In this document: positions 20,060 to 30,409 of the stretch, in pieces
Numbering within the stretch: the stretch's first letter is position 1
How the letters are laid out: every line of letters begins with the position of its first letter
Source: Chitinophaga pinensis
GTDB lineage: Bacteria; Bacteroidota; Bacteroidia; UKL13-3
Assembly: GCA_945860865.1 (NCBI GenBank)
Contig: CAMARW010000003.1
Span: forward strand, 59,177-123,176
DNA length: 64,000 nucleotides
Reading direction: 5' to 3'
Made by a program: the position numbers and the translations under genes
Notes under the pieces: generated by a model
Told to the model about the DNA's origin: nothing
Database searches by the model: none
Seen by the model: the letters and a program-made list of their open reading frames with translations, nothing else

Positions 20060-20917
20060 TTATTTTTGTTTAAGGTGAAAGGCTACCAAATCTTGTAGCG
20101 GCGATTTGATAATCTTACCAATTTTCATATCGTAGCTAAGTGCCACTTCTTCTAAAATGTCTTTGAACACAAAGCCTACCGAGCCAACGCAATTGAACTT
20201 GTGCGATTGGTAATCGGGGTATTTACTCACTAGGTTTTTAAAGAAATCGCGGAAAGAATCGCGCACTTTGTTTCTAATGTATGGGTGAGTTACATACTCA
20301 TCTGCAAACTTACAGAAACTTGCCAAGTATCTATTTGGGAATTGTGTAGTGTAAAGCGTATGAAAAATTTGCTCATTGCCTTCAATTTGAAAGCGCTCTT
20401 TAAACCTATTATGTAATTCTGGTTCTAATCTACCGCGCATAAAATCGCGCACTATTTTTTTGCCTATGTGGCTACCACTACCTTCATCTCCTATTAAATA
20501 GCCTAGAGAATCTATGTTAACGGTAATGGTATTTCCATCATATAAACACGTGTTGCAACCTGTGCCTAAAATGGCCGCAAAGCCAACTTCAGTGCCAAGC
20601 AATGCACGGGCTGTGGCCAACAAATCATGGTCTACCACTATGCTTTTAGCCTGAGGAAAACTTCTTAATAATGCTTTTTTTACAATGTCTTTTTTTGCGG
20701 GCGTGCTACAACCCGCGCCATAAAAATAAATTTCATCTACCAATTCACCTGCCATGTCTTTTAATAAGTTTTCCGAAAGTGAATAGAAGATGGCTTCTGT
20801 ATCTATAAAATATGGATTATAGCCGATGGTATGGTAAATCTTTTGTGTATTATCTGTGCTATCTACCAAGCACCAATCTGTTTTTGTAGAGCCACTATCA
20901 GCTATAAGATATATCAT
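20060..20917 (-). CDS. BadF-type N-acetylglucosamine kinase-like sugar kinase
   Basis: IADSGSTKTDW, GYNPYF, FYGAGCS, ILGTGCN, LGYLIGDEGSG. Confidence 0.9.
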   Translation of the reverse strand: MIYLIADSGSTKTDWCLVDSTDNTQKIYHTIGYNPYFIDTEAIFYSLSENLLKDMAGELVDEIYFYGAGCSTPAKKDIVKKALLRSFPQAKSIVVDHDLLATARALLGTEVGFAAILGTGCNTCLYDGNTITVNIDSLGYLIGDEGSGSHIGKKIVRDFMRGRLEPELHNRFKERFQIEGNEQIFHTLYTTQFPNRYLASFCKFADEYVTHPYIRNKVRDSFRDFFKNLVSKYPDYQSHKFNCVGSVGFVFKDILEEVALSYDMKIGKIIKSPLQDLVAFHLKQK

Positions 20918-21093
20918 TTTATACTATTTATGCTGCGAGTATATCAAAATTAAGGCAAAAACCAAAGAAACTATTTTTTCGATTTTTAGCTATATTTTTC
21001 ATTATTTTAAAAAACACGCTGTCAAATCATTGCAAATACATTTTGGTTTATAGCCGTTAAAAAAGTATCATTGGGTTTTAAAATACATAACAG

Positions 21094-22248
21094 ATGAATT
21101 TTAGCGCTGCTATTAAAAGCAAATTACCTAATGTAGGAACTACAATTTTTTCTATCATGTCGGCTCATGCTAGCGAACAAGGTGCTATTAATCTTGCGCA
21201 GGGTTTTCCAGATTTTAACTGTTCACCTAAATTAATCTCTCTGGTTAATCAATATATGGAAAGGGGAATGAACCAATATGCTCCTATGCCTGGTTTAATG
21301 CAACTGCGAGAACGTATTTCAGAAAAAACAGAAAAGCTATATGGTGCTTATTATAAGCCAGATACAGAGATAACTATAGTTCCTGGAGGTACGCATGGCA
21401 TTTACGCAGCGGTAAGTGCAGTAGTTGGTGAGGGCGATGAGGTTGTGGTAATAGAACCTTGCTATGATAGCTACGTTCCTGCCATTGAGTTAAATGGGGG
21501 TAGGGCCGTTTTTTACGAAATGAAATATCCAGATTATGCGATTGATTGGAATGAGGTAAAAAAACTCATCAATTTTAAAACGCGCATGATTATGATTAAT
21601 ACACCCCACAATCCAACAGGCACTACTTTAACTGAATCTGATATGCTGCAATTACAAAAAATATTAGATAACACAGATGTAGTAGTTTTGAGCGATGAGG
21701 TTTATGAACATATTATTTTTGATGGAGCTGAACACCAAAGCGTTGCTAAGTACCCTAAAATTGCAGAACGCAGTATTATTGTTTCTTCTTTTGGTAAAAC
21801 TTATCATACAACTGGCTGGAAAATGGGCTATGTTTTAGCCCCTGAAAACCTTACTAAAGAATTTAGAAAAGTACATCAATTTATGGCTTTTAGTGCCAAT
21901 ACACCCATCCAATATGCATTGGCAGATTATATGGATGATACAGATGCTTATTTACAATTAAAACATTTTTATGAAGAAAAAAGAAATCTTTTTCAAACGC
22001 TCATTAAGGGCTCAAACTTTAAGCTTTTGCCTTGCAAAGGCTCATATTTTCAAATGCTCAACTATGCTAAAATTACGCAAGAACGTGACTTTGACTTTGC
22101 CTTGCGTTTAACCAAAGATTTTAAAGTTGCAAGTATTCCAACCTCTGTTTTTTACCAGAAAAAATTAGATAATAACGTATTACGTTTTTGCTTTGCTAAG
22201 GAAAATGAAACTTTAGAAAAAGCAGCAGAAAAACTGTTGAGGGTATAG
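21094..22248 (+). CDS. ybdL: Methionine aminotransferase YbdL-like (PLP class I/II)
   Basis: SKLPNVGTTIFS, INLAQGFPDF, NTPHNPTG, SDEVYEH, SSFGKTYHTTGWKMGY, RFCFAK. Confidence 0.88.
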   Translation: MNFSAAIKSKLPNVGTTIFSIMSAHASEQGAINLAQGFPDFNCSPKLISLVNQYMERGMNQYAPMPGLMQLRERISEKTEKLYGAYYKPDTEITIVPGGTHGIYAAVSAVVGEGDEVVVIEPCYDSYVPAIELNGGRAVFYEMKYPDYAIDWNEVKKLINFKTRMIMINTPHNPTGTTLTESDMLQLQKILDNTDVVVLSDEVYEHIIFDGAEHQSVAKYPKIAERSIIVSSFGKTYHTTGWKMGYVLAPENLTKEFRKVHQFMAFSANTPIQYALADYMDDTDAYLQLKHFYEEKRNLFQTLIKGSNFKLLPCKGSYFQMLNYAKITQERDFDFALRLTKDFKVASIPTSVFYQKKLDNNVLRFCFAKENETLEKAAEKLLRV

Positions 22249-22353
22249 AATTACGAATTACGAATTAAAAATTACAAATTTTCAATAATTAGATCCTAGA
22301 TTATAATTCGTAATTTTTAATTCGTAATTCGTAATTCATAACTCATAATTCAT
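22249..22353. repeat. Palindromic heptamer-repeat element A: (AATTACG)n ... (AATTCGT)n
   Basis: AATTACG AATTACG AATTAAA AATTACA AATT, spacer, AATTCGT AATTTTT AATTCGT AATTCGT AATTCAT AACTCAT AATTCAT; 32-bp arms with one mismatch. Confidence 0.9.
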
Positions 22354-22355
22354 AT

Positions 22356-22363
22356 TATATTTG
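22356..22363 (+). promoter_or_regulatory. Bacteroidota -7 element (TATATTTG) for argS
   Basis: TAnnTTTG match 16 nt upstream of the argS ATG. Confidence 0.6.
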
Positions 22364-22379
22364 AAGCTTTAATGGAATT

Positions 22380-24158
22380 ATGATACAAGATTTAATAAAA
22401 GCCCAGCTTTCTTATGCCATTCAACAATTGTTTGGACTAATACTAAAGCCTGAGGACGTGGTGATAGAAAAAACAGCTTCAAATTTCGAGGGAGATTTCA
22501 CCTATGTGGTTTTTCCTTTATTAAAAATAAGTAGAAAAAATCCTGAGCAAACAGCCCAAGCCATAGGAGATTTTCTTCTACAACATTTTCCAGAATTAGG
22601 CACCTTTCAAGTAGTAAAGGGCTTCTTAAATTTAAGCATTAAGCCGCAATTTTGGCTTCAATTTTTACAACAACAAGTTAGTAATCAGAATTTTGGAATG
22701 GCTGAGCCAAATTCCAAGGAAGCTGTTTTGGTAGAATACTCTTCGCCCAATACCAATAAACCTTTGCACTTAGGACACATCAGGAATAATTTATTGGGTT
22801 ATGCTGTAGCTGCTATTCTTAAAGCTAATGGCAATAAGGTTTATACCTGTAATTTGGTTAACGATAGGGGTATTCATATTTGTAAAAGCATGTATGCTTG
22901 GCTGCAATTTGGAAATAACGAAACACCCGAAAGTAGTGGTTTAAAAGGAGATCATTTAGTAGGTAAATACTATGTAATTTTTGATAAACAATACAAGCAA
23001 GAAATAAAAGACTTAATAGCGTCTGGCTTAACCGAAGAGGATGCAGCTAAACAAGCGCCAAGTATTTTGGCCGCGCAAGATTTATTGGTTAAATGGGAGG
23101 CAGGTGATGAACCAACTATAGCCGTATGGAAAATGATGAATGCATGGGTTTACAAAGGCTTTGAACATACTTACCAAAAACTGGGGGTGCAATTTGATCA
23201 GTTTTACTACGAATCAAATACCTACTTGCTTGGCAAAGAAATAGTACAAGAGGGTTTAGCCAAAGAGGTATTCTTTAAAAAAGAAAATGGTTCTGTTTGG
23301 ATAGATTTAAGCGCAGAAGGACTTGATCAAAAATTGGTTTTGCGTGCAGATGGTACTTCGGTTTATATTACCCAAGACCTCGGAACTGCTGAGCTTAAAT
23401 ACAACGATTTCAATTGCAATAGATCTATTTATGTAGTAGGAAACGAGCAAGAATACCATTTTAAGGTATTGCAACAAATTGCCTCTAAATTAGAAAAACC
23501 ATATGCAGCCGGAATATATCATTTAAGTTATGGTATGGTAGAGTTACCACATGGTAAAATGAAAAGTAGGGAAGGAACAGTAGTTGATGCAGATGAATTG
23601 ATTGATGAAATGGAGCACACCGCCAAAGAAACCACTCAAGCATTGGGTAAAATGGAGGGTGAGAGTGAAGATACTTTAAATCAACTTTACCATACCATTG
23701 GCATGGGTGCGCTTAAATATTATCTATTAAAAGTAGATCCGCGCAAAAAAATGCTTTTTAATCCGGAAGAAAGTATCGATTTTCAAGGTAATACGGGTCC
23801 GTTTATTCAATACACGCACGCTCGTATAAAATCTATTTTGCGTTTGGTTGGCAATCAATCAGCAGATTTTCAAATTAAAAATGTTATATTAAGTAAGGTA
23901 GAAAAAGAACTTTTAGCCAAATTGTATCAATACCCACTAATCATTGCTGAAGCTGGGAATGATATGAGTCCGGGATTGCTCTGTAATTACATTTACGAAT
24001 TAGCCAAAATCTATAGTTTGTTCTACCACGATCATCCTATAATGAAGGAAGAAAATTTGGATCAAAAAGCTTTTAGAGTATCTGCTTGTATGCTCACTGC
24101 ACATGTTATTAAATCTGGATTCTTGCTTTTGGGTATTCAAGTTCCCGAAAAAATGTAA
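22380..24158 (+). CDS. argS: Arginine--tRNA ligase
   Basis: EYSSPNTNKPLHLGHIRN (HIGH), GKMKSREG, GNTGPFIQYTHARI, DALR domain. Confidence 0.97.
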   Translation: MIQDLIKAQLSYAIQQLFGLILKPEDVVIEKTASNFEGDFTYVVFPLLKISRKNPEQTAQAIGDFLLQHFPELGTFQVVKGFLNLSIKPQFWLQFLQQQVSNQNFGMAEPNSKEAVLVEYSSPNTNKPLHLGHIRNNLLGYAVAAILKANGNKVYTCNLVNDRGIHICKSMYAWLQFGNNETPESSGLKGDHLVGKYYVIFDKQYKQEIKDLIASGLTEEDAAKQAPSILAAQDLLVKWEAGDEPTIAVWKMMNAWVYKGFEHTYQKLGVQFDQFYYESNTYLLGKEIVQEGLAKEVFFKKENGSVWIDLSAEGLDQKLVLRADGTSVYITQDLGTAELKYNDFNCNRSIYVVGNEQEYHFKVLQQIASKLEKPYAAGIYHLSYGMVELPHGKMKSREGTVVDADELIDEMEHTAKETTQALGKMEGESEDTLNQLYHTIGMGALKYYLLKVDPRKKMLFNPEESIDFQGNTGPFIQYTHARIKSILRLVGNQSADFQIKNVILSKVEKELLAKLYQYPLIIAEAGNDMSPGLLCNYIYELAKIYSLFYHDHPIMKEENLDQKAFRVSACMLTAHVIKSGFLLLGIQVPEKM

Positions 24159-24162
24159 GGAT

Positions 24163-25524
24163 ATGCAGGCGAAATTTTTTTTGTTTCTATGGGTATTGTT
24201 GCTTGCTTCTTGCGATGTAACAAAACAATATATGAAACTGGGTAACCAAGCCTACCATCAAGGAGATATGGATGCAGCTGCTAATTATTTTTACAATACA
24301 CTGCTAGTAAAACCAAATAATATAGAAGCTAAACAGGCTCTGCAGCAGAGTGGAAACATTGTTTTGCAAAATAAATTTTCTGCTTTTAATAAATACGTAA
24401 TAGAAAAACAAGATGAAAAGGCCATTAAGCAATACCTTGCTTGTAAAAAATATCATTTCCGCTGCGCATCTGTTGGGGTAGAGTTACCCTGGGTAAGTAT
24501 GTATGATCCCATTTTTGAAGATTTAAAAAACGAATTTGTATCTGCACAATATGATTTGGGTTTAATGCACTTAAACAACAATAAGTATGATCAAGCCGAA
24601 CTTGTTTTTACTAATATTGCTGAAATAGACCCTACCTATAAAGATGCAACGGTATTACGACTTAAAAGTATCCTGGAGCCCCTGTATAAACATGGCCAAA
24701 AAATGATGGAATTGGAGCAATACAAAGAGGCTTATAGAGATTTTGAAAAAGTGATTAAATTAGATCAAACCTATAAAAACGCTTTGAACCTTAGAGACGA
24801 AGCGCTTAAAAAAGCATCTATTGGGTTAGGCATATTACCTGTGCAAAACCAAACCAGAAGTCAGGGTTTTGATACCCGTTTGTACCAGCAAATTGTAGCT
24901 ACTTTGGTTCAGCATAAAAACCCCTTTCTAAAAGTAATAGATAGAAGCTCTTTAGAAAGTATGCTTAGAGAGCAATCTCTGGGAATGAGTGGTATTGTTG
25001 ATCCAGAAAGTGCCGCAAAGGCAGGCAAAATAATTGGATTAAAATACGTATTGATGACGGCTATAAGCGACTTAGTTTATGAGGATGAAGGTATGCGTAA
25101 AGATTCTATTTTGGCCTACGAAGCATACTCAGAGCAGATTCCATCTCAAATGCCGAATGGATTGCCACAAACTATAACTCGCTTTAAAAAGGTTAAATAC
25201 CAAGATCAAAGTCAGAAAAGAAGATTGTATTACAGGGTCTTTTATCAATTGGTTTCTACCCAAACAGGCCAAGTAGTTGCCAGCGATGTGTTGAGCGAAG
25301 AAGTGAGTGATGAGGTTCATTTTGCCTCTTATAATGGAAACGTAAATGCATTGTATCCCGAACTTCCAATAGCTAAATCTATGCCGCCTAAGCCAACCGA
25401 ATTTAGAGAACAGTTTAATCAAGTAAAAAGAAATATAGCCTCCAGAGAAGATTTGACACAACAAGTTTGCGTTAAAATAGTGAAAATCATAGCTGATGAC
25501 CTTCATATTTATATCGACAAATAA
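24163..25524 (+). CDS. TPR lipoprotein with CsgG/HfaB-like C-terminal domain
   Basis: Lipobox LLASC after ATG 24163, TPR helices, VIDRSSLESMLREQSLGMSGIVDPESAAKAGKIIG (CsgG-like). Confidence 0.75.
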   Translation: MQAKFFLFLWVLLLASCDVTKQYMKLGNQAYHQGDMDAAANYFYNTLLVKPNNIEAKQALQQSGNIVLQNKFSAFNKYVIEKQDEKAIKQYLACKKYHFRCASVGVELPWVSMYDPIFEDLKNEFVSAQYDLGLMHLNNNKYDQAELVFTNIAEIDPTYKDATVLRLKSILEPLYKHGQKMMELEQYKEAYRDFEKVIKLDQTYKNALNLRDEALKKASIGLGILPVQNQTRSQGFDTRLYQQIVATLVQHKNPFLKVIDRSSLESMLREQSLGMSGIVDPESAAKAGKIIGLKYVLMTAISDLVYEDEGMRKDSILAYEAYSEQIPSQMPNGLPQTITRFKKVKYQDQSQKRRLYYRVFYQLVSTQTGQVVASDVLSEEVSDEVHFASYNGNVNALYPELPIAKSMPPKPTEFREQFNQVKRNIASREDLTQQVCVKIVKIIADDLHIYIDK

Positions 25525-25583
25525 TTTTAAAGCTTGCGCCTCTTGCTGAGCTATTGGGTGGGCTTTTTTTGTTTTTATTTACT

Positions 25584-25591
25584 TACTTTTG
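25584..25591 (+). promoter_or_regulatory. Bacteroidota -7 element (TACTTTTG) for ribF
   Basis: TAnnTTTG match 9 nt before ATG 25601. Confidence 0.55.
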
Positions 25592-25600
25592 CACAGATAC

Positions 25601-26533
25601 ATGAAGGTTTATAGAAGCATAGAATCATTTCCACAACTCAGCAATGCCATTGTTACGCAAGGTACCTTTGATGGTGTTCATTTTGCTCACCAGGTTATCC
25701 TAAAACAGCTCAAAGAAATTGCTCGTGTTAAAGGTGGTAAAACGGTATTAATTACTTTCGACCCACACCCAAGAACCGTCTTGTTTCCGGAAGATCATGG
25801 CTTACAATTACTCAATACACCCGAAGAAAAAATTGCCTTATTAGAAAAAGCAGGGATTGATTATTTACTTATTTTACCTTTTACCAGAGCATTCTCGCGC
25901 TTAAGCTCTCTTGAATTTATAAGAGATATTTTAATAAACGGCATTGGCACAAAGTATTTGGTTATTGGATACAATCATCGTTTTGGAAAAAATAGGGAAG
26001 GGAGTTTTGAATACTTAAGGGATTATGCGCCCACATACGGATTTGAAATTTTAGAAATTTCTGCTCAAGATTTAGACAAAGTTGCCGTAAGTTCTACTAA
26101 AATTAGAACGGCTTTAAACGCAGGCGAGGTAAATAAAGCTAGTAAGTTTTTAGGTAGATATTATGAAATGGAAGGAACGGTTGTGCAAGGAAAACAATTG
26201 GGCAGAACCATTGGTTACCCTACCGCTAATTTACAACTTTTACACCCTTTAAAACTGTTGCCACAAGATGGAGTTTACGCCGTTTGGGTTTGGATTAAAG
26301 CTAAAAAGTATGGTGGAATGCTCAATATTGGGAATAATCCTACGGTAATTGATAAAGGTAGGAGCATAGAAGTTAACATATTTGGGTTTAGTGAATCTAT
26401 TTATAATCAAATCATAAGTGTTCAATTTGTTGATAAACTAAGGGATGAGGCCAAGTTTAATAATTTAGAAGAGCTAAAAACTCGATTAGATTTGGATAAA
26501 TTGCAAGCTTTAGCATTGTTAGATTTAAAGTGA
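25601..26533 (+). CDS. ribF: Bifunctional riboflavin kinase/FAD synthetase
   Basis: GTFDGVH, TFDPHP, HRFGKNREG, VSSTKIR, LGRTIGYPTAN, GVYAV, NIGNNPT, LRDEAKF. Confidence 0.96.
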   Translation: MKVYRSIESFPQLSNAIVTQGTFDGVHFAHQVILKQLKEIARVKGGKTVLITFDPHPRTVLFPEDHGLQLLNTPEEKIALLEKAGIDYLLILPFTRAFSRLSSLEFIRDILINGIGTKYLVIGYNHRFGKNREGSFEYLRDYAPTYGFEILEISAQDLDKVAVSSTKIRTALNAGEVNKASKFLGRYYEMEGTVVQGKQLGRTIGYPTANLQLLHPLKLLPQDGVYAVWVWIKAKKYGGMLNIGNNPTVIDKGRSIEVNIFGFSESIYNQIISVQFVDKLRDEAKFNNLEELKTRLDLDKLQALALLDLK

Positions 26534-26544
26534 GTTGCATCCCA

Positions 26545-27510
26545 ATGAAATTACATAAACTGGTTTTTTATATAGGTATATTATTTTTATTCTTTGTTCC
26601 GCAAGTAATATTTGCCCAAGTAGAAGAATCTCCTGATTCACTTGAGTTGATTGAATACGACGAGGATGAAATAGAGGAATCGCCCGAATTTGATAGCGTA
26701 GTTGTAAGCTCTGCCGATAAATACTGGGATTTTGTACGTCCGCGTAATTTTCTTTTTGATACTACTTATGCACCTGCTCATAGTTTTTATCGTTCTTGGG
26801 ATACCGTTACCATAAATCCTTATAGGCGCGATCTCAAAAACATGGAGGATACCATCAAGTTGATTTTAGCCAACTACGATGATTGCTCTTTTCACCCTCC
26901 TGCAATTGGCGATATAACGTCTAATTTTGGTTTTAGAAGGTGGGGGCGCCGACAAAAATTTCATTTTGGAACCGATATTCGTATGGAGGTGGGCGACCCC
27001 GTTTATGCAGCATTTGAGGGTGTGGTGCGCATTGCCAAACGAAGTGCAGATTATGGATATGTGGTTGTTATAAGGCATAATAATGGATTAGAAACATTAT
27101 ATGCTCATTTCTCTCAATTATTGGCTTATCCGGGGCAACCCGTAAAAGGCGGTAATATTATCGGATTGGCTGGAAGCACAGGTCGTTCTACGGGTCCTCA
27201 TTTGCATTTTGAAGTGCGTTTTCAAGGTGAGAAAATAGATCCATCTTCTATCATTCATTTTCCTAGCGGATCGCTCATGAATGATACTTTTCAAGTAGAT
27301 AAGGGTTGTTTTAAGCATTTATATGAGGTGCAATCGGCCAAGTTAAAAGCAAAAAGTGTGGCCACTCCCAAATATACCAAAGCTAGAAAAGGAGATACCA
27401 TTCAAAAAATTGCCAACCGATACGGATTAAGTGCCAAAAAAATCAGCAGACTTAACGGCATCAAATCTAAAACCAAACTAAAATCTGGTCGCAGAATTAG
27501 GTTGAGGTAA
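26545..27510 (+). CDS. M23 metallopeptidase with C-terminal LysM
   Basis: HFGTD (HxxxD), LETLYAH, GRSTGPHLHFE; KGDTIQKIANRYG LysM. Confidence 0.9.
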   Translation: MKLHKLVFYIGILFLFFVPQVIFAQVEESPDSLELIEYDEDEIEESPEFDSVVVSSADKYWDFVRPRNFLFDTTYAPAHSFYRSWDTVTINPYRRDLKNMEDTIKLILANYDDCSFHPPAIGDITSNFGFRRWGRRQKFHFGTDIRMEVGDPVYAAFEGVVRIAKRSADYGYVVVIRHNNGLETLYAHFSQLLAYPGQPVKGGNIIGLAGSTGRSTGPHLHFEVRFQGEKIDPSSIIHFPSGSLMNDTFQVDKGCFKHLYEVQSAKLKAKSVATPKYTKARKGDTIQKIANRYGLSAKKISRLNGIKSKTKLKSGRRIRLR

Positions 27511-27539
27511 CTCCATTAGCCTATTATTATAAAAAACCC

Positions 27540-28379
27540 ATGAAAATTATAAAAACAATTCTTAAAATATCAGCGGCTTGCATCGCTTTGTTTTTAATTG
27601 GAGGTTTTGTGTATTACTTCAATTATATTAAACCATTTAAAGAACAAATGGCCAAAACTATGCTGGTAAATTTTGATATGAATTTACTTATAGTGCAAGG
27701 TGGGGGAGGAAACTCCGGCATTCTTTTGCTGGATAGCATGGTTTTAGTAGTTGATAGCAAAATGGATGAAGCTGCTTTAGAATTGCATAAAATTGCCAAT
27801 AGAATGGCAGAAGGAAAACCTATCGTGTTAGTAAATACCCACTATCATCCAGATCATGTAGGTGGCAATCATTTATATGCGGGTCAAACCATTGTAGCTG
27901 GCGGTAACTATACAGAGCAACTCTGGAAACAAGAAACAGGCTCAAACCAATTACCCGATATCTGGGTTAAAGATAGCCTCATTATAGAAACAAGAACAGA
28001 AAGAATTAGTATCGTAAATATTCCAAATCCTGCACACACAGAAAGTGATTTGGTAGTATTCTTAAACAACAAAAAAGTACTATTTACCGGAGATGTGGTC
28101 TTAAATAATCAAATTCCGCTGCTCCAAGGCTCTGCTAAACCCCAAGGATATTTGAGTGCCTTTGATTATTTAAGCAATAGGTTTGATTTAAATACCATTG
28201 TGCCCGGACATGGAAATATAGGTTCTAAAAAAGTATTTTCTAATTTTAAACAATACTTTTTAGATATGAATGAAGCTAGTAAAAACAGCGCTCAGAAAGA
28301 TGCCTTAATAGCCAAATATGATGGCTGGGCGCAGCTTCCTTTTTTTATGTCGCCGCGCGCAACCATCAGAAAGTTTTAA
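27540..28379 (+). CDS. MBL-fold metallo-hydrolase with N-terminal anchor
   Basis: NTHYHPDHVGGN, AHTESD, FTGD, VPGHG. Confidence 0.88.
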   Translation: MKIIKTILKISAACIALFLIGGFVYYFNYIKPFKEQMAKTMLVNFDMNLLIVQGGGGNSGILLLDSMVLVVDSKMDEAALELHKIANRMAEGKPIVLVNTHYHPDHVGGNHLYAGQTIVAGGNYTEQLWKQETGSNQLPDIWVKDSLIIETRTERISIVNIPNPAHTESDLVVFLNNKKVLFTGDVVLNNQIPLLQGSAKPQGYLSAFDYLSNRFDLNTIVPGHGNIGSKKVFSNFKQYFLDMNEASKNSAQKDALIAKYDGWAQLPFFMSPRATIRKF

Positions 28380-28382
28380 TTT

Positions 28383-28718
28383 CTATAAAAAGCCTAATTG
28401 CAGTTTGGCCGATTCGCTCATCAGATCTTGACTCCATGGTGGATCAAATGTTACCGTTACGGTTACCTCTTGAACACCCTCCATGGCACCTAATTTCTCT
28501 TTAATTTCGGCAGGCATGCTTTGTGCTGCCGGACAAAAAGGGGAAGTGAGCGACATGATTATTTCGATGTTTAATTCGTGTGAAACATTAACCTCATAGA
28601 TGAGTCCTAATTCGTAAATGTTCACCGGAATTTCTGGATCGAATATAGTTTGTAAAACTTGGATGGCTTCGTTTTGCACATCTACAAAATTTCTAATTGA
28701 TTTAATTTCTTCGCTCAT
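28383..28718 (-). CDS. sufT: DUF59/SufT Fe-S assembly protein
   Basis: FDPEIPVNIYELGLIY, LTSPFCP, FDPPWS; last gene of the suf operon. Confidence 0.88.
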   Translation of the reverse strand: MSEEIKSIRNFVDVQNEAIQVLQTIFDPEIPVNIYELGLIYEVNVSHELNIEIIMSLTSPFCPAAQSMPAEIKEKLGAMEGVQEVTVTVTFDPPWSQDLMSESAKLQLGFL

Positions 28719-28723
28719 AATAA

Positions 28724-29143
28724 TTATTGTTTAATGAGGGCAAAAGCATACATTTTCATTTGCTTTATCATGCTGGTAAAGCCATTGCTTCTTTGTGAGC
28801 CAATCATTCTGCTCATGCCTATTTTTTCTATGAAATACAATTCTGTATTAAGTATCTCTTGGGGTGTTTTGCCGCTGTAAATTTTAACCAACAAGCTTAC
28901 TAATCCCTTAGTAATTTCTGTATTGCTATCTGCTTCAAAGTACAATTTATCGTCTTCATAAACTGGAAACAACCATACTTTGCTTTGGCAACCTTTAACT
29001 ATATAATCTTCTGATTTATGTTCAATAGGCATTTCAGGCAATTTTTTGCCCAAATCCATTAAATAGAATAATTTACTTTCTAGGTCATCTTCAAATAAAG
29101 AAAAGTCTTCTATAATTTCGTCCTGTAATTCGATGCTCGTCAT
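28724..29143 (-). CDS. sufE: SufE sulfur acceptor
   Basis: VKGCQSKVW, ADS, QRSNGF. Confidence 0.93.
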   Translation of the reverse strand: MTSIELQDEIIEDFSLFEDDLESKLFYLMDLGKKLPEMPIEHKSEDYIVKGCQSKVWLFPVYEDDKLYFEADSNTEITKGLVSLLVKIYSGKTPQEILNTELYFIEKIGMSRMIGSQRSNGFTSMIKQMKMYAFALIKQ

Positions 29144-29155
29144 GGTAAATAAAAC

Positions 29156-30391
29156 TTATTTTATGCAAATTTTCCTCAAAGCTTCCAGCAAAACTGCTAC
29201 TTCTTCCAAGGTATTGTAAACAGCAAAAGATGCACGCACGGTACCTTCAATTTGGTAAAAATGCATCAATGGTTGCGTGCAATGATGGCCAGTTCTAACA
29301 GCAATTCCTCGTGCATCAAGCATAAGTCCAATATCAAAAGGATGTTTTCCTTTAATTATAAAAGATTGCACTGCCACTTTATCAGGCGCTGTTCCGTACA
29401 AAACAATTGGGCTTGAACCAATTTCATCATTTAGTTTTTGAACGCCCAATACAAAAGTTTGCAACAAGAGATTTTCATGTGCAATGATGTTCTTTTTACC
29501 CAAATTATTTACAAATTCAATGGCAAATTTAAAGGCAATTACATCTGCAATATTGGGTGTTCCTGCTTCAAATTTAAAAGGAATTTCGTTGTAAGTAGTT
29601 TGCTCAAAACTAACTTCCTTAATCATTTCTCCGCCACCTTGGTAGGGTGGCATTTCATCCAATAAAGCACGTTTTCCGTATAAAACGCCCACACCTGTGG
29701 GGCCATATAATTTATGACCGCTAAGTGTTAAGAAGTCAATATCTAATGCTTGTACGTCTACTTCTAAATGTGAACCCGCTTGCGCGCCATCCAATAAAAC
29801 AATGGCTTTGTGGGCGTGTGCGGCAGTTATAATTTCTTCTACAGGGTTTATTGTACCTAGCGCATTACTAGCCCAAACACAAGCAACTAATTTGGTTCTA
29901 TCCGAAAGTAATTGATGATAAGCCGCCATGTCTAAAGTACCATTGGCAAGCACGGGGATAACTTTTAAAATGGCACCTTTCTCTGCGCAAATCATTTGCC
30001 AAGGAACAATATTACTGTGATGCTCTAGGTATGAAATAATAACCTCATCGCCGGCTTGTAGGTTTTTTCTACCCCAAGTTTGCGCCACTAAATTAATACT
30101 TTCTGTTACTCCTTTGGTAAAAATACATTCTGCTGCTTCGGCGGCATTTATAAATTGTTGCACTGCTTTGCGTGTATCTTCAAACATGCCAGTGGCCCTA
30201 TCGGCCAATGTATGTGCACCCCGGTGGATGTTTGCGTTATCTGTTTTATAATAATTTTGCAAAGCCTCAATAACGGCCAAAGGCTTTTGGGTGGTGGCAG
30301 CATTGTCTAAATAAACCAAAGGATGTTTGTTCACCTCTTGATGCAGAATGGGAAACAAGCTCCTGATGCTTTGTATGTTTATTGCAGACAT
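29156..30391 (-). CDS. sufS: Cysteine desulfurase SufS
   Basis: YLDNAATTQKP, EHHSNIVPWQ, SGHKLYGPTG, FEAGTP, RTGHHCTQP. Confidence 0.96.
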   Translation of the reverse strand: MSAINIQSIRSLFPILHQEVNKHPLVYLDNAATTQKPLAVIEALQNYYKTDNANIHRGAHTLADRATGMFEDTRKAVQQFINAAEAAECIFTKGVTESINLVAQTWGRKNLQAGDEVIISYLEHHSNIVPWQMICAEKGAILKVIPVLANGTLDMAAYHQLLSDRTKLVACVWASNALGTINPVEEIITAAHAHKAIVLLDGAQAGSHLEVDVQALDIDFLTLSGHKLYGPTGVGVLYGKRALLDEMPPYQGGGEMIKEVSFEQTTYNEIPFKFEAGTPNIADVIAFKFAIEFVNNLGKKNIIAHENLLLQTFVLGVQKLNDEIGSSPIVLYGTAPDKVAVQSFIIKGKHPFDIGLMLDARGIAVRTGHHCTQPLMHFYQIEGTVRASFAVYNTLEEVAVLLEALRKICIK

Positions 30392-30409
30392 TACTTAAGT
30401 AGGATTGAA

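Noticed and set aside
27540-28379. MBL-fold protein as a metallo-beta-lactamase resistance gene
   Set aside because: Only the generic HxHxDH fold motif is visible; it looks like a cyclase/glyoxalase II-like hydrolase and has no mobile context.
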